IMG/VR virus record: IMGVR_UViG_3300043443_000432
Location: 1-54,590 of that record
Strand: one strand, 5' to 3'
Source: a virus
Lineage: Duplodnaviria; Caudoviricetes
DNA length: 54,590 nucleotides
Program-made: the position numbers and the translations under genes
Part shown: piece after piece, positions 35,800 through 45,400 of the stretch
How the letters are laid out: the number at the start of each line of letters is the position of its first letter
Numbering within the stretch: the stretch's first letter is position 1
Notes under the pieces: model-generated
Database searches by the model: none
The model's input: only the letters and a program-made list of their open reading frames with translations
Told to the model about the DNA's origin: nothing

Positions 35800-35863
35800 C
35801 CTCACATGCGAGTTTCGCGCAGCCGTCTGCATGTCGTCGGCCAGGGCGGGCCGTCTGCTGCAC
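35800..35863 (-). ncRNA. Pseudoknotted element downstream of the capsid gene (candidate Mu-gpT-DE RNA motif)
   Basis: P1 GTGCAGC/GCTGCGC, P2 CGGCC/GGCCG, and a crossing ACATGC/GCATGT pair next to the GAGG RBS; lies after a Mu gpT-like capsid gene. Confidence 0.6.
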
Positions 35864-35874
35864 TGGATTAAAGG

Positions 35875-35920
35875 TGCCCAACAAAGCCCCCGCCTTGTGA
35901 GCAGGGGCTTCAGTTGGCAT
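35875..35920 (-). terminator. Long hairpin / leaky terminator after the capsid gene
   Basis: AAGCCCC...GGGGCTT followed by TGTT; extended by CCAAC/GTTGG. Confidence 0.6.
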
Positions 35921-35921
35921 C

Positions 35922-36836
35922 TTAGACGCCAGCGGTACCGTACACGCCGCGCGGGTCGGTCCAGCCGAGCACATAACGCTCGGTGGCCTTATATCGCATG
36001 CTGTCGGTCTCGAAGTCGCCTTCCATGGATTTCTCCAGGCCGCGGCGCATCAACAGCTTCAGACCTTCGGGAGCGTCGGTCTGCACCCACCAAGCGGTGG
36101 TGCTGGTGATACGAGACAGGTTGGCTTGACCTTCGGCCAGCAGACCCATCGACTTCACCGGGTTGATGTCGTTGTCAGCCGTGCCGGTACGCAGCACAGA
36201 CTTCAACAGCACCTCAGCCTGGAACACGTTGGAAGGACCGGAGACGATCTTCTTCGGGGTCAGGCGGATACGCTTGCCGTTGTTGTCCACAGCGTTGCGG
36301 ATCTGAATCAGGATCTGCTCGAGGGACGTTTGCGACAAGGCAGCGGCGGTCGTCAGCTGATTGCTGAACGTGCCGTTGACGATGGGGTGAGCCGTGGAAA
36401 CCAGGGACACGCCGTCACCGCCCGTGTATGCGCCGTTGAAAGCGCGGTTCAGGATGTTGGCTGCCAGGGTCTCTTTGGTCTCGATCAGCGACTGCGCCAG
36501 GTGCTTGGCGTAGGTCTGACCGATACGGATGTGGTCACCGTCCTCGACCAGCACTTTGGTCAGGGCGAAGGCCAGGCCGTACACCTTGTACAGATAGCGC
36601 TGCAGGAACAGGACGCCACCGGATTGGTAGGTCACTGCCATGCCGTCAGGCAGCTCAGGCGCAGCACCGAAGCCGTACAGGACGGGTTCTTCGTGGTAGT
36701 TGCGCGGAATGCCTTTTTGCTCGCGGAACACTTGTTTCCACTCGTCGGCACGCTGCTCGTAAACGCCATCGAACACTTCGTTGAGGATAGGCTCAACAAC
36801 GGACCGGAAGTCCGTACTACGCATTGGGGTTGCCAT
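35922..36836 (-). CDS. Major capsid protein (Mu gpT-like, HK97 fold)
   Basis: ANILNRAFN..YTGGDGVSL.STAHP...MEGDFETDSMRYKATERY..GWTDPRG. Confidence 0.9.
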   Translation of the reverse strand: MATPMRSTDFRSVVEPILNEVFDGVYEQRADEWKQVFREQKGIPRNYHEEPVLYGFGAAPELPDGMAVTYQSGGVLFLQRYLYKVYGLAFALTKVLVEDGDHIRIGQTYAKHLAQSLIETKETLAANILNRAFNGAYTGGDGVSLVSTAHPIVNGTFSNQLTTAAALSQTSLEQILIQIRNAVDNNGKRIRLTPKKIVSGPSNVFQAEVLLKSVLRTGTADNDINPVKSMGLLAEGQANLSRITSTTAWWVQTDAPEGLKLLMRRGLEKSMEGDFETDSMRYKATERYVLGWTDPRGVYGTAGV

Positions 36837-36849
36837 GTTTCAGCCCTCC

Positions 36850-37449
36850 TTAGATGCTGTTGACGGCAGCCTTGTAGGCGTGTTCGTTGATGCGAACAGT
36901 GGCCACAACGTAAGCGTCGGTCAGCGAGTCGTTGATGTTGTATCCAAAGCCGGTGATCTGGAACTGGCCAGAGGTGGTTTGGATGGCGGTGAGGTAGGTG
37001 TTGCTCAGACCGGTTTGGGTCGAGCCACCGGGGGAGGCAACGCGCCAGTCGCACTCCTCGCCCACAGCGCTCTGCACCGAGTCGGTGCCGGGCGTGCCGG
37101 GGTTGGCGTACTGAACGTCGAACAGCGTTTCCGGATCGTCGTACACCCAAGCCACGATGTTCGTAGCGGTGACGCCCGAGGGCCAGAAGGGGCTGATCGT
37201 GGGCTTGCCGGTGGCGTCCAGGTACTGGCAGCCGGCGAAAATACCCAGGAGGGTAATGCCGTCGGTGGTGCCAGAGCGGGTGCCGTCAGAGGTGCCCAGC
37301 TGAATAACGCCAGCATCCGTCAACTTCACGGGGTCGCCCGAGAAAATGTTGGCGGCATAGGCGCTCGCAATGGTGTAGGCTTTCGGACGCATCTGACCAC
37401 TGTTGTGGTAAGAAGCACGGAAGCCAAAAGGTGCGCTAGTCGAGGACAT
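36850..37449 (-). CDS. Capsid cement/decoration-like protein
   Basis: APFGFR...IFSGDPV...GIFAGCQY...VYDDP; sits before the capsid gene. Confidence 0.7.
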   Translation of the reverse strand: MSSTSAPFGFRASYHNSGQMRPKAYTIASAYAANIFSGDPVKLTDAGVIQLGTSDGTRSGTTDGITLLGIFAGCQYLDATGKPTISPFWPSGVTATNIVAWVYDDPETLFDVQYANPGTPGTDSVQSAVGEECDWRVASPGGSTQTGLSNTYLTAIQTTSGQFQITGFGYNINDSLTDAYVVATVRINEHAYKAAVNSI

Positions 37450-37487
37450 AGAGCTTACTCCTTAAGGGATTGAATGGACTTGCGTGT

Positions 37488-38018
37488 TCAGGTCAGCTCA
37501 AACTGAGCTTTCCGTTTTTGTCCAATTTCCGTCATGCCATCGCCTGCGTCAACGCGTGAACCAGAAGCGCGCGCTTGTTGCTCCATGAACTCAGCAGTGT
37601 CGGTGAGCTTTTCCTCTTCGCGCATCGGCGCGTCGTGGTGAGCCTCCTGCATGTACTTTTCGTACAAGCTGATCGGGAGTTTGAACGCAAGCATCTCGTT
37701 AACCCCAATAAAGCCCTGCCACTCACCGGTTTTCACGGTGACGTAGTCCCAGCCAGGCACGTCGCTCGGCTTCAGGGGCTCGTAACCCAAACGCATACGC
37801 ATATGGATGGAGTCACGGGGGTTGGTTGTGGTCAGCCAGCAACAATGCCAGCCGTCGAGTTTTGGCAAGTCCGGAAGTGAGGACTGGTGGAACTGCTGTC
37901 GGAACATTTCAACCCGCTCGTCGTCGGACAGGGCACGTGATTCACTTGCAACGCGATCTACCATCGCGCGGCTCTCACGGTTGTCACCAGCAGATTTCTT
38001 CAGGCGTTCGTCAGACAT
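37488..38018 (-). CDS. Head-module hypothetical protein
   Basis: 176 aa, AAAGGAG RBS. Confidence 0.75.
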   Translation of the reverse strand: MSDERLKKSAGDNRESRAMVDRVASESRALSDDERVEMFRQQFHQSSLPDLPKLDGWHCCWLTTTNPRDSIHMRMRLGYEPLKPSDVPGWDYVTVKTGEWQGFIGVNEMLAFKLPISLYEKYMQEAHHDAPMREEEKLTDTAEFMEQQARASGSRVDAGDGMTEIGQKRKAQFELT

Positions 38019-38046
38019 TTCTCGCTCCTTTCAGCGATTGGGAAAA

Positions 38047-38074
38047 ATTATAAGTTGAATTCAAAAAAACACAA
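38047..38074 (-). promoter_or_regulatory. Sigma70-like promoter for the capsid genes
   Basis: TTGTGT-N16-TATAAT in an AT-rich gap. Confidence 0.6.
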
Positions 38075-38083
38075 CGCTCTTTT

Positions 38084-39076
38084 TTAAGCGCGGTTGTTGC
38101 GGTCGTATTCCGCATACCGTTTCACATACTTCTGGCGCAGGACGGGATCATCCCAAACGCCAGCGTCAATCAGGGCCTGCTTGCGCTCCGGGCTGATGTA
38201 CACCTCCGTGCGGGTGCTCGTTGGCGCATGCTCACGGCCAGAGCCGATCGCCGGGCCGCCACGCTGCTGGCGCTGGGGCTGGGGCTGGCCTTGTTGCTGA
38301 CGCTGGTTGCCTTGGGCAGACCCTGCGGGCTTGAAGCGCTCAGGCAGTCGAACGGCGGCACGCTCACGCAGCTCGTCCCAGAACTCTTCCGTGTCGGGGC
38401 GGTAGCCCTCGCGGAACAGAGCGCCGTCGATCGCCAAAATGATCGCGCTTGCCTCGTCTGAGCCTTTGGTGTCATACCAAGGGTTTTCCTTGATGAACTC
38501 GCTGGCGTAGTGCACCGCCATGTCGTCCATTTTTTCCTCTTGCGCGGGCTTTTGCTGGGCCACCTGCTGCTTGGCAAAAGCCAGCTGCTGGGCTTTTTGC
38601 ATCGCCTGGTCGCGGTAGCGCATGGCCTGGGCCACGTCCTCACCGTTTCCGGCTGCCACGGCCTTGGCAATCACGCGCTCGGCCATCTCCGCCTCGTTGC
38701 GCGCTTGCATGATCTGCGCATCGATCTGCGACAGGTCGGCTTGGTGCGTGCGCTGCTCAACGGAGCCCAGGCGGCGCTCGAGGTCGTCGTTGCGCTTGCG
38801 CAGGAAGTTCAGCTCGAGCTTGTCGCGGCTGATCGCCTCCTCGCGGCGCTTTTTGCGCTCAGCCTTCTCCAGGCGGCGGCGCTCTCGAATCGCCTCCCGC
38901 TCGGCGTCGTTGCCATCGTCTTGTTGGCCATCGTCGTCGTTTCCAGACAGGCGCGCATCGCCGTCGTCATCGTCATCCTGGATCTGATTCTGCGGCTGAT
39001 CCTCAACGATCACCAGCTCTTCATTGCTGTTTTGATCGTCGTTTGGCTTGCCGTCATCTTCAATCATCGTTGCCAT
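38084..39076 (-). CDS. Putative capsid scaffolding protein
   Basis: Acidic N-terminus, long coiled coil, ENPWY; lies between portal and capsid genes. Confidence 0.75.
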   Translation of the reverse strand: MATMIEDDGKPNDDQNSNEELVIVEDQPQNQIQDDDDDGDARLSGNDDDGQQDDGNDAEREAIRERRRLEKAERKKRREEAISRDKLELNFLRKRNDDLERRLGSVEQRTHQADLSQIDAQIMQARNEAEMAERVIAKAVAAGNGEDVAQAMRYRDQAMQKAQQLAFAKQQVAQQKPAQEEKMDDMAVHYASEFIKENPWYDTKGSDEASAIILAIDGALFREGYRPDTEEFWDELRERAAVRLPERFKPAGSAQGNQRQQQGQPQPQRQQRGGPAIGSGREHAPTSTRTEVYISPERKQALIDAGVWDDPVLRQKYVKRYAEYDRNNRA

Positions 39077-39089
39077 TTTTTAGCTCCAG

Positions 39090-39488
39090 TTAAATAAAAG
39101 CCCGAATGGCCAGCGGATCGCCGATCACCTGGCCAATGATGTCTAGGTCGTTGAAAATCACGAACAGGGCGGAATCGCCGTCTTTCAACGGAACCTCCCA
39201 GCGGTCGCCGCCGTATTTCGGCACGCGAACGTAGTCGCCTGGGCCGCACCAGCTACCCTCGGGCCAGGACTCCATCGTGTTTCTGTTCTTGAAGGCAAGG
39301 GCCCCAACGGAGACAACGCGCGCCACCTGGGTGTTCCATTTCTCAGTGTCCCGAGAGCCGTTGTCGATGATGATTCCGGAGGCCGTTTTGGTCTTGGGGG
39401 TGCGAATTTGCACCAGGACCCGGCTACCGAAGGGGATGATGCCGGGATCGGCATCGGGGAACGCCTCAATCAGCGCTGCAGCTGTCAT
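39090..39488 (-). CDS. GroES-like co-chaperonin
   Basis: PFGSRVLVQ...KTASGIII...VVSVG...GDYVRVPKYGG...FNDLDIIG. Confidence 0.85.
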   Translation of the reverse strand: MTAAALIEAFPDADPGIIPFGSRVLVQIRTPKTKTASGIIIDNGSRDTEKWNTQVARVVSVGALAFKNRNTMESWPEGSWCGPGDYVRVPKYGGDRWEVPLKDGDSALFVIFNDLDIIGQVIGDPLAIRAFI

Positions 39489-39561
39489 CTTCTGCTCCTT
39501 TCAGCAGGTGTAGGCGGCCAGGATGGCCACCTTCAAAAAAATCTTTACAGACCCGTGCAAA

Positions 39562-39759
39562 TCACAGGTCTCGGTCGCCGTGTCGCTCGTCGTCCAGAAG
39601 ATCTAGCAGGGCTTTTATGGCCGCTTCGTAACCAGCGACCATGCCCACGCGGTATCCGTACTCGAAAGCATCGCGATCGACCGGGCGCTTGAGGGCTTCA
39701 AGCGCAAAAGCCTGCTGGTCGCTTTTCAGCTTTCCAAGCAGGCGGTCCTCAATAGCCAT
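39562..39759 (-). CDS. Small head-module protein
   Basis: Coupled ORF. Confidence 0.7.
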   Translation of the reverse strand: MAIEDRLLGKLKSDQQAFALEALKRPVDRDAFEYGYRVGMVAGYEAAIKALLDLLDDERHGDRDL

Positions 39760-39896
39760 CAGCAGGGCGTCTTGGGCAGGTTAGGGGCGGCCGGTTGCGT
39801 TTGGCCGTTCACGGGCTGGCCAGCGGCCATGCGGTGGTGCTGTTTCACCAGCGCTCCGGTCATGGGAACGGTGCCAGGGGTGGGTTTGTCGCTCAT
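39759..39896 (-). CDS. 45-aa Pro-rich peptide (MSDKPTPG...)
   Basis: Manual translation; AAAGGAG RBS and TGATG overlap. Confidence 0.6.
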   Translation of the reverse strand: MSDKPTPGTVPMTGALVKQHHRMAAGQPVNGQTQPAAPNLPKTPC

Positions 39897-39916
39897 GGGT
39901 GACTCCTTTGGTTAAT

Positions 39917-42457
39917 TTAACGTGTGCCGGGGTTGATCCCGGTGCCGGTGCTCACGGCAATTTTTTCACCGGAGGCAATTTCTGCCGCCGCCAAACGCAT
40001 GGCCGTCACGTTATCGGCCGTGTTCATTTCAACACGGGCGTTAATTTCGGCGGCTGTTCGTTGATTTTCTGCAAGCTCTTGCATCTGATCGGCCTGGAAC
40101 TGCTCTGCGCGAGCCTGCTGCGCATCTGCCAGCTTGGACTGGTCAACGGCGAGCTTGGCTCGGTCCATTTGCAGACTTTGCTCCGCCTTCTGATGCTCAA
40201 GTTGCAAACGCGCTTGATCCGTCTGAGCGCGCTGCTGCAGAGCCATCTGCTGCACCTGCGCATTCAGCGCCGCAATCTGCATGCTGTTGTCGGGCGGCAT
40301 CGGCGGCTGAGGCTTGAACTGCTCGGCCAACTTGTCGATTTCAGCCAACTCCTGCGCAAACTGAGCGAGCTGCTGCTCGATGATCTGCTGCACGCGAACA
40401 ATCAGCCCGGCTTGAGCGTTTGCATCGTCCGTGATCAAGCTCTCTCGCTCAGCGCGCTGCACAGCTTGGTGCGCTTGCGTGAGGTAAAAGTTCAGCAAGT
40501 GGTCCCGCAGGTGCTGCGCCATCGGGTACAGGTACGTTTTCACGATCGCCGGATTCATGCCAAACATCGGCGACTTCAAAAACGCCATGTGAGTTTTTAT
40601 GTGGCCAATATGGTCCTGCTTTGGCAGCACATAAACCGGACGACCCATCGAGGCGGCCACGTTTTCACTCACCGGGTCCACGTTGTCCTGGCCAGGCTGA
40701 GGCTGCAGCACATCTTCCGGGCTGAGCTTCAGGTTGCGCAGGAACATCTCCTCGACCTTGCGCAGGTCGTACATCTGCGGCATGACCGCGGCGCGAGCCT
40801 GAACGGCCTGGACCTGGGCAAAGCGCTGCGCCTCGCTAAAAATGGCCGGGTCGGACACGGGCACAACGTCCATCGGTCCGTCGAAGTCCTCGGGCTTTAC
40901 ATCCAGGCCGTTTTCCATGGCCTCGATGTCCTCTTCCGTCAAGTAAGCGCTGTTGATGCGGTGCAGGATGGTAAACACCCGTGCCATGCTGTTGTGCAGG
41001 CGCGCATGAATCGAGCTGAAAACCACCATGCCCTGCTCGATGAGGGCCAAGGTCGTGCCAACCGGCGCGTTGGGGTTTTGGTCCGACAGCTTCTCAAACG
41101 AGGTCTGCACCACGCCTTTGCCGGCGTCGACCAGGAAGCCCAGCAGCTGGAACAGCGTGGGGCTCGGGCCGTTGAACGGCAGGGCCATGGCCAGCTTGCG
41201 AATGTCGTCGACCAGCGCGCCGCCCTCCATCTCCACCACTTCGGTCGGCTGCACGTTGATCGTCTGGCCGCCAGGGCCGCCTTTGAGCTTCAGCAGCGTC
41301 GGGATGTTCTGGATGTGAGCTGAGTCCATCAGCGCACGCAGGGCGCCAGTGGCCGCGCCGGAGAGGCCGCCGATCATGTGCGTCAAGCCAATCGGGTATG
41401 CGCCGCGCCAGGGCACAAACGGGAACTCGACAATCCAGTCCAGCTCCTTGCGGCGTTTGTCCTCGGGCTCCCAGTTGCGGTACAGCGAAAGCGCCTTGCG
41501 CGTGGACTTGTCGATGCTGATGATGTACGGCTCCATGCCGTCACCAAAGTCCAGGTGGGTGTAAATCTCGAAGATGGTCCGCAGGCCGTCCTCGTTATAG
41601 CTGGTGTCCTCTCGACCCTCGATCTTGTCGTTGGCAATGGTGGACTTGCTGAACTCGACCTGGTCGGGCGAGCCAACGTCAACCTCAGCGTACATGCCCG
41701 CCTTCATGCGGCGGTTGAACTCGGCCTTGGTGACGTACTGCACGTGCGTCTTTCGCTCGGCAGAGTAGAAGTTCGTGGCCGCAAACGGCAGGTAGATGTC
41801 GTCGATTGCGATGAACTCAGCCGTTGGACGATTCCACTGCGGCGACCACATCATCTTCAGGTACTGGCCACCGCCAAGAGGCAGCTGAGTTGACAGCTGC
41901 TCGAGCTCGCCGCGCAACTCGGGCATTTGCTGCGTGGTCTGCCAATTCATAAACTCGGCTTTGCGGCGAGCCTTGTCCAGCTTCTCGGGCTCAGCCTTGC
42001 CCATAATCTTGGACTTCACCGGGCCGGAGGGCGGGAAAACCTCCTTCATGAAGCGGGCGCTGAAGTCAACGCAGGCCTCAACCAGCATCGGGTGCACGAC
42101 CTTGTTGGCGCCGGAGAACTGCGCGCCCCCTGGAGCGTCGTCGCCCAGGCCGGTACGGCGCAAACCTTCTTCGTACAACTTGTCGCGTTTGGCGCGGGCG
42201 TCTTTGTCGCGCTCGATCTTGTCGATCAAGTCAACAACTGCCTCGCTCAACATGCTGCGATCGACCTCGTCAACGATGTTGGCGAAGTGGGCCTTCTTGT
42301 CGGCCACGTCCTGCTCGTTTTTCAATCGAACAACGGCGCCGCCGTCATCCGTATCCTCGACCTCCATGTCGTCTTCGGGCAGAGTGACGGTTTCTCCGCG
42401 CTGCTCATCCTCGCCGGGGTTTTGATCTTCGCCTTGGTTTAGGAGTTCGTCAGCCAT
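39917..42457 (-). CDS. Portal protein
   Basis: 846 aa; VVHPMLVEACVDF, NAPVGTTLALIEQG; Q-rich C-terminal barrel (P22-like). Confidence 0.88.
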   Translation of the reverse strand: MADELLNQGEDQNPGEDEQRGETVTLPEDDMEVEDTDDGGAVVRLKNEQDVADKKAHFANIVDEVDRSMLSEAVVDLIDKIERDKDARAKRDKLYEEGLRRTGLGDDAPGGAQFSGANKVVHPMLVEACVDFSARFMKEVFPPSGPVKSKIMGKAEPEKLDKARRKAEFMNWQTTQQMPELRGELEQLSTQLPLGGGQYLKMMWSPQWNRPTAEFIAIDDIYLPFAATNFYSAERKTHVQYVTKAEFNRRMKAGMYAEVDVGSPDQVEFSKSTIANDKIEGREDTSYNEDGLRTIFEIYTHLDFGDGMEPYIISIDKSTRKALSLYRNWEPEDKRRKELDWIVEFPFVPWRGAYPIGLTHMIGGLSGAATGALRALMDSAHIQNIPTLLKLKGGPGGQTINVQPTEVVEMEGGALVDDIRKLAMALPFNGPSPTLFQLLGFLVDAGKGVVQTSFEKLSDQNPNAPVGTTLALIEQGMVVFSSIHARLHNSMARVFTILHRINSAYLTEEDIEAMENGLDVKPEDFDGPMDVVPVSDPAIFSEAQRFAQVQAVQARAAVMPQMYDLRKVEEMFLRNLKLSPEDVLQPQPGQDNVDPVSENVAASMGRPVYVLPKQDHIGHIKTHMAFLKSPMFGMNPAIVKTYLYPMAQHLRDHLLNFYLTQAHQAVQRAERESLITDDANAQAGLIVRVQQIIEQQLAQFAQELAEIDKLAEQFKPQPPMPPDNSMQIAALNAQVQQMALQQRAQTDQARLQLEHQKAEQSLQMDRAKLAVDQSKLADAQQARAEQFQADQMQELAENQRTAAEINARVEMNTADNVTAMRLAAAEIASGEKIAVSTGTGINPGTR

Positions 42458-42462
42458 TGTGT

Positions 42463-45400
42463 TCAGCCTGCGTTCATGGCGTGGAGCTGGTCCACGATGG
42501 AGTCGATTCTAGCCGGGTCAAAGTCATCTGTGGGGAAATTCGCACCGGACACCAAACCGCCGGCTGCGTAGTTCACCGTTCGACCAGGGTTCATGAAGCG
42601 ACGGTATGCATCCTGAGCCTGGTATGTGAGCGGCACCTGACCTTTTGGGAAATCAGACGACGTGAGCTTGCCAGGCGGCAGGTCCCGCGGATCAAGACGC
42701 GTTGTGCGCTCGACCGTGCTGGCGTTCCACATGGCCGCGGCCAACGGGTCGTTTAGAACCTTTTGCTGAAACACGGGGTCTTTTGCAAGGTCGATGTTTT
42801 GGTTGAACTGGAAGCTCTGCAGGTCTGCCATGCGCTCGCTCAAAGGCGTGTTGGCTCTTGCATCGTAAGCGCCTTGGTAGCCGTACTTTTCTTGCAGGTA
42901 GGGAATGGTCGAGCCGATGTTTTGATTGAACTCGCGCATGAATCCAGGGGATCCAGGATATGCATCTTTGCCGGGCTGCTTCACGTGGTACAGCTCGTGG
43001 CCAAGCGTTTGAGCAGCCTGGGCTGGGGTGAAGTCACCAGAGTTCACCAGCATCACCGTGTCCTTGGTGCCGGGGTAATACCGGTTCGGAACGTAAGCGT
43101 TCGCCTTGTCCTCGCCCATGTTGATCGGAGGCTGGTTGCTGGCCATGATCTGCACGTCGGGACGGTACGTTGCCCAGGCCGGGTTCATGTAACCGCTCTC
43201 CGCTGCGTTGATGAACCGCTGAACATAGTTGTCCTTCCCGATCGTCTCGAACACGGGCAGGTTTTCGTATCGCGCCCGCATGCTGCCTTCAGGCGCTGCG
43301 TTGGCAAAACGGCCAACTTGATCGGGGCTGGCTACGCTGAACGTTCCGGGAATTCCTGAATATGGCGCAGGACCCGTGGCGCCCTTCTGGCTTCCAAACG
43401 GAGCGGCCAGGATTCCGCCTTCCTCTTCCACCTCTGTTTTCGAGGGACCAAATGCCATCGAGGCCTGTTGCTGCAAATTCGGAATGTCGTACTTGCTCGC
43501 AAGGCTAGACAGCAAAGTCTTGCCGATGTTTGATCCCTGTATTCCGCCCGTCAAAGCGGATCTGGCAACGTTTCCGCCCATCATGGCGGCCGGCACAGCT
43601 GCGCCAACGGCGCCTTTGACAGCGTTGGCGGCTCCGCCCGTCAAGCCGAGCGACTCAGATGCAATACCGCCAAGCTGCGATCCGCCGAATCCGGAGATCC
43701 CGCCGAGCGCTCCCTGCAGCGCATCTCCGCCGCTGGATGTGGATCCGCCCATGCCCTGCAAAGCAGCGCCGGTCAGACCGCCAAGGCTGGTACCGTATCC
43801 GCCAAGCGCTCCGCCTATTGCGCCAGGCAACACGCCAGCACCGCTTACCGCGCCCTGCGCCGCGCCGGTCAGGGCACCGCCAAGCACTTGAGAGCCGGTA
43901 GACCCAAGGCCGAGGTTCATAGCTTCGTTGGCCGCTCCTCCAACCGCCGTGCCCAGGCCGCCGCCGATCGCGCCTCCCAGGGCGCCTTTGAGCGCGTTGC
44001 CGCCTGATGCGGCGGAGCTAAGACCTCCGATGACCGCGCCGCCAAGAGCGCTGGCTGCAGCGCCTGATGCGCCAAGGGCAGCGCCAATTGCGGTGCCAAC
44101 GCCGGGGGCAACAATACTCAAAGCGATCGGCGCGATAGCCTTAATCAATCTGCCTGCGCCGCCTTTGAACTCGGTTAAGCCGGTGGTCGGGTTGACCGTT
44201 CCGCCTCCACCCATGTTGGTCAGGAGCCTTACCGACTCGGGCGAGAGGTGAGCCAACATCGTATCGCCACCGCGGCCGGCGGCGGCAACGGCGTTGACAG
44301 CGCCACCCTTGGCGTATTTTTGACCCTGCATTCTGTCGAGCAGTTTGTAAAGCAAAACAAGCAGCGACATAACGATCTGAGGATCGTACTGCTCAGGCAA
44401 ATCGCCTGGCTGGGCATAGCCCTCCTCGATGGCTTTGGCGCGGACCTCTGGGTAGCTGGACGGGTTTTGAACAACCCGCTCGAGCTCGTGGACCATCGAC
44501 TCGATCACCTCCGGCGTTACGCCAGGAGCGTTTGCCAGTCGAGCCTCGGCAACGTCAACGCCTCGGGCAATCTGAGGATCTGAGCCAATGCTCTCACTGC
44601 GCAGAAGATCGAGCAGATCTTTTGAATTCTTTGGAGCCCGCGCCACGGGACCACCGTCGGCGTACTTCTGGACCAAGCCGCCAAGCGCGTATGCGGGAAC
44701 GTTGCCCGCAAAGCCGCCGTCGGAAAACTTGTAAGCAGAGGTCGGGTCCTGCTTGGCATCGCTGTTGTACATGTTCGCTTGGTTCATGTTCGACTGGTTC
44801 ATGACCACGCCTCCTTCTGCGTATTTGTTAACCAGGCCGCCTAAAGAAAAGTCGCCCGGGTTTTGAGATTGCATTTTCAAAAACTCTTCATTCGTCAAGA
44901 AGCGTTGACCCGTGGTGCGCAGACCCTCTTCGCCAAGATCAACCAGGTTGGTGTTTCCAAGATCGCTAACGCGACCCCAGTTGCCCGAGCGCACAAAGTC
45001 TTGCACGAACGGCAGCAGGTGTGCGTCCGGTTCGTCCTTGTACCCAGCGCTCTTTACGCGCAAGCGCTGGCCGGGATCCTTCTTGCCGGAGCCTTTGATC
45101 TGGACGATTTCGGGCTCGAAAGGGCCGAGTTCAGGAACGTAGTAATTGCGATCTGGATCAAAACGCCAACGGAAGTTCGGATCAAGAATATTTCGTCTCT
45201 TTAAATCTTCGTAAACATCCGGGGGGAGCTCACTCTCGCGAAGCAAGCCTTCTGCGTTTTTACCAGGCTTGACCTCAATCGTCACATGCGGCTGGCCATT
45301 CTCATCGCGCAGGCTGTAAATTCGGCTGCGTCCCTCTGAAACGTCCGGGCAGTACCCGCCAACGCAGTGGCCCATGGTCTCGCCTTCGTACTTGAGGGCG

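Noticed and set aside
39090-39488. GroES without GroEL as a novelty
   Set aside because: Phage co-chaperonins that use host GroEL are well known (e.g. T4 gp31); ordinary in a head module.
39899-41323. 474-aa + strand ORF
   Set aside because: Antisense shadow of the portal gene in GC-rich DNA; no recognisable motifs.
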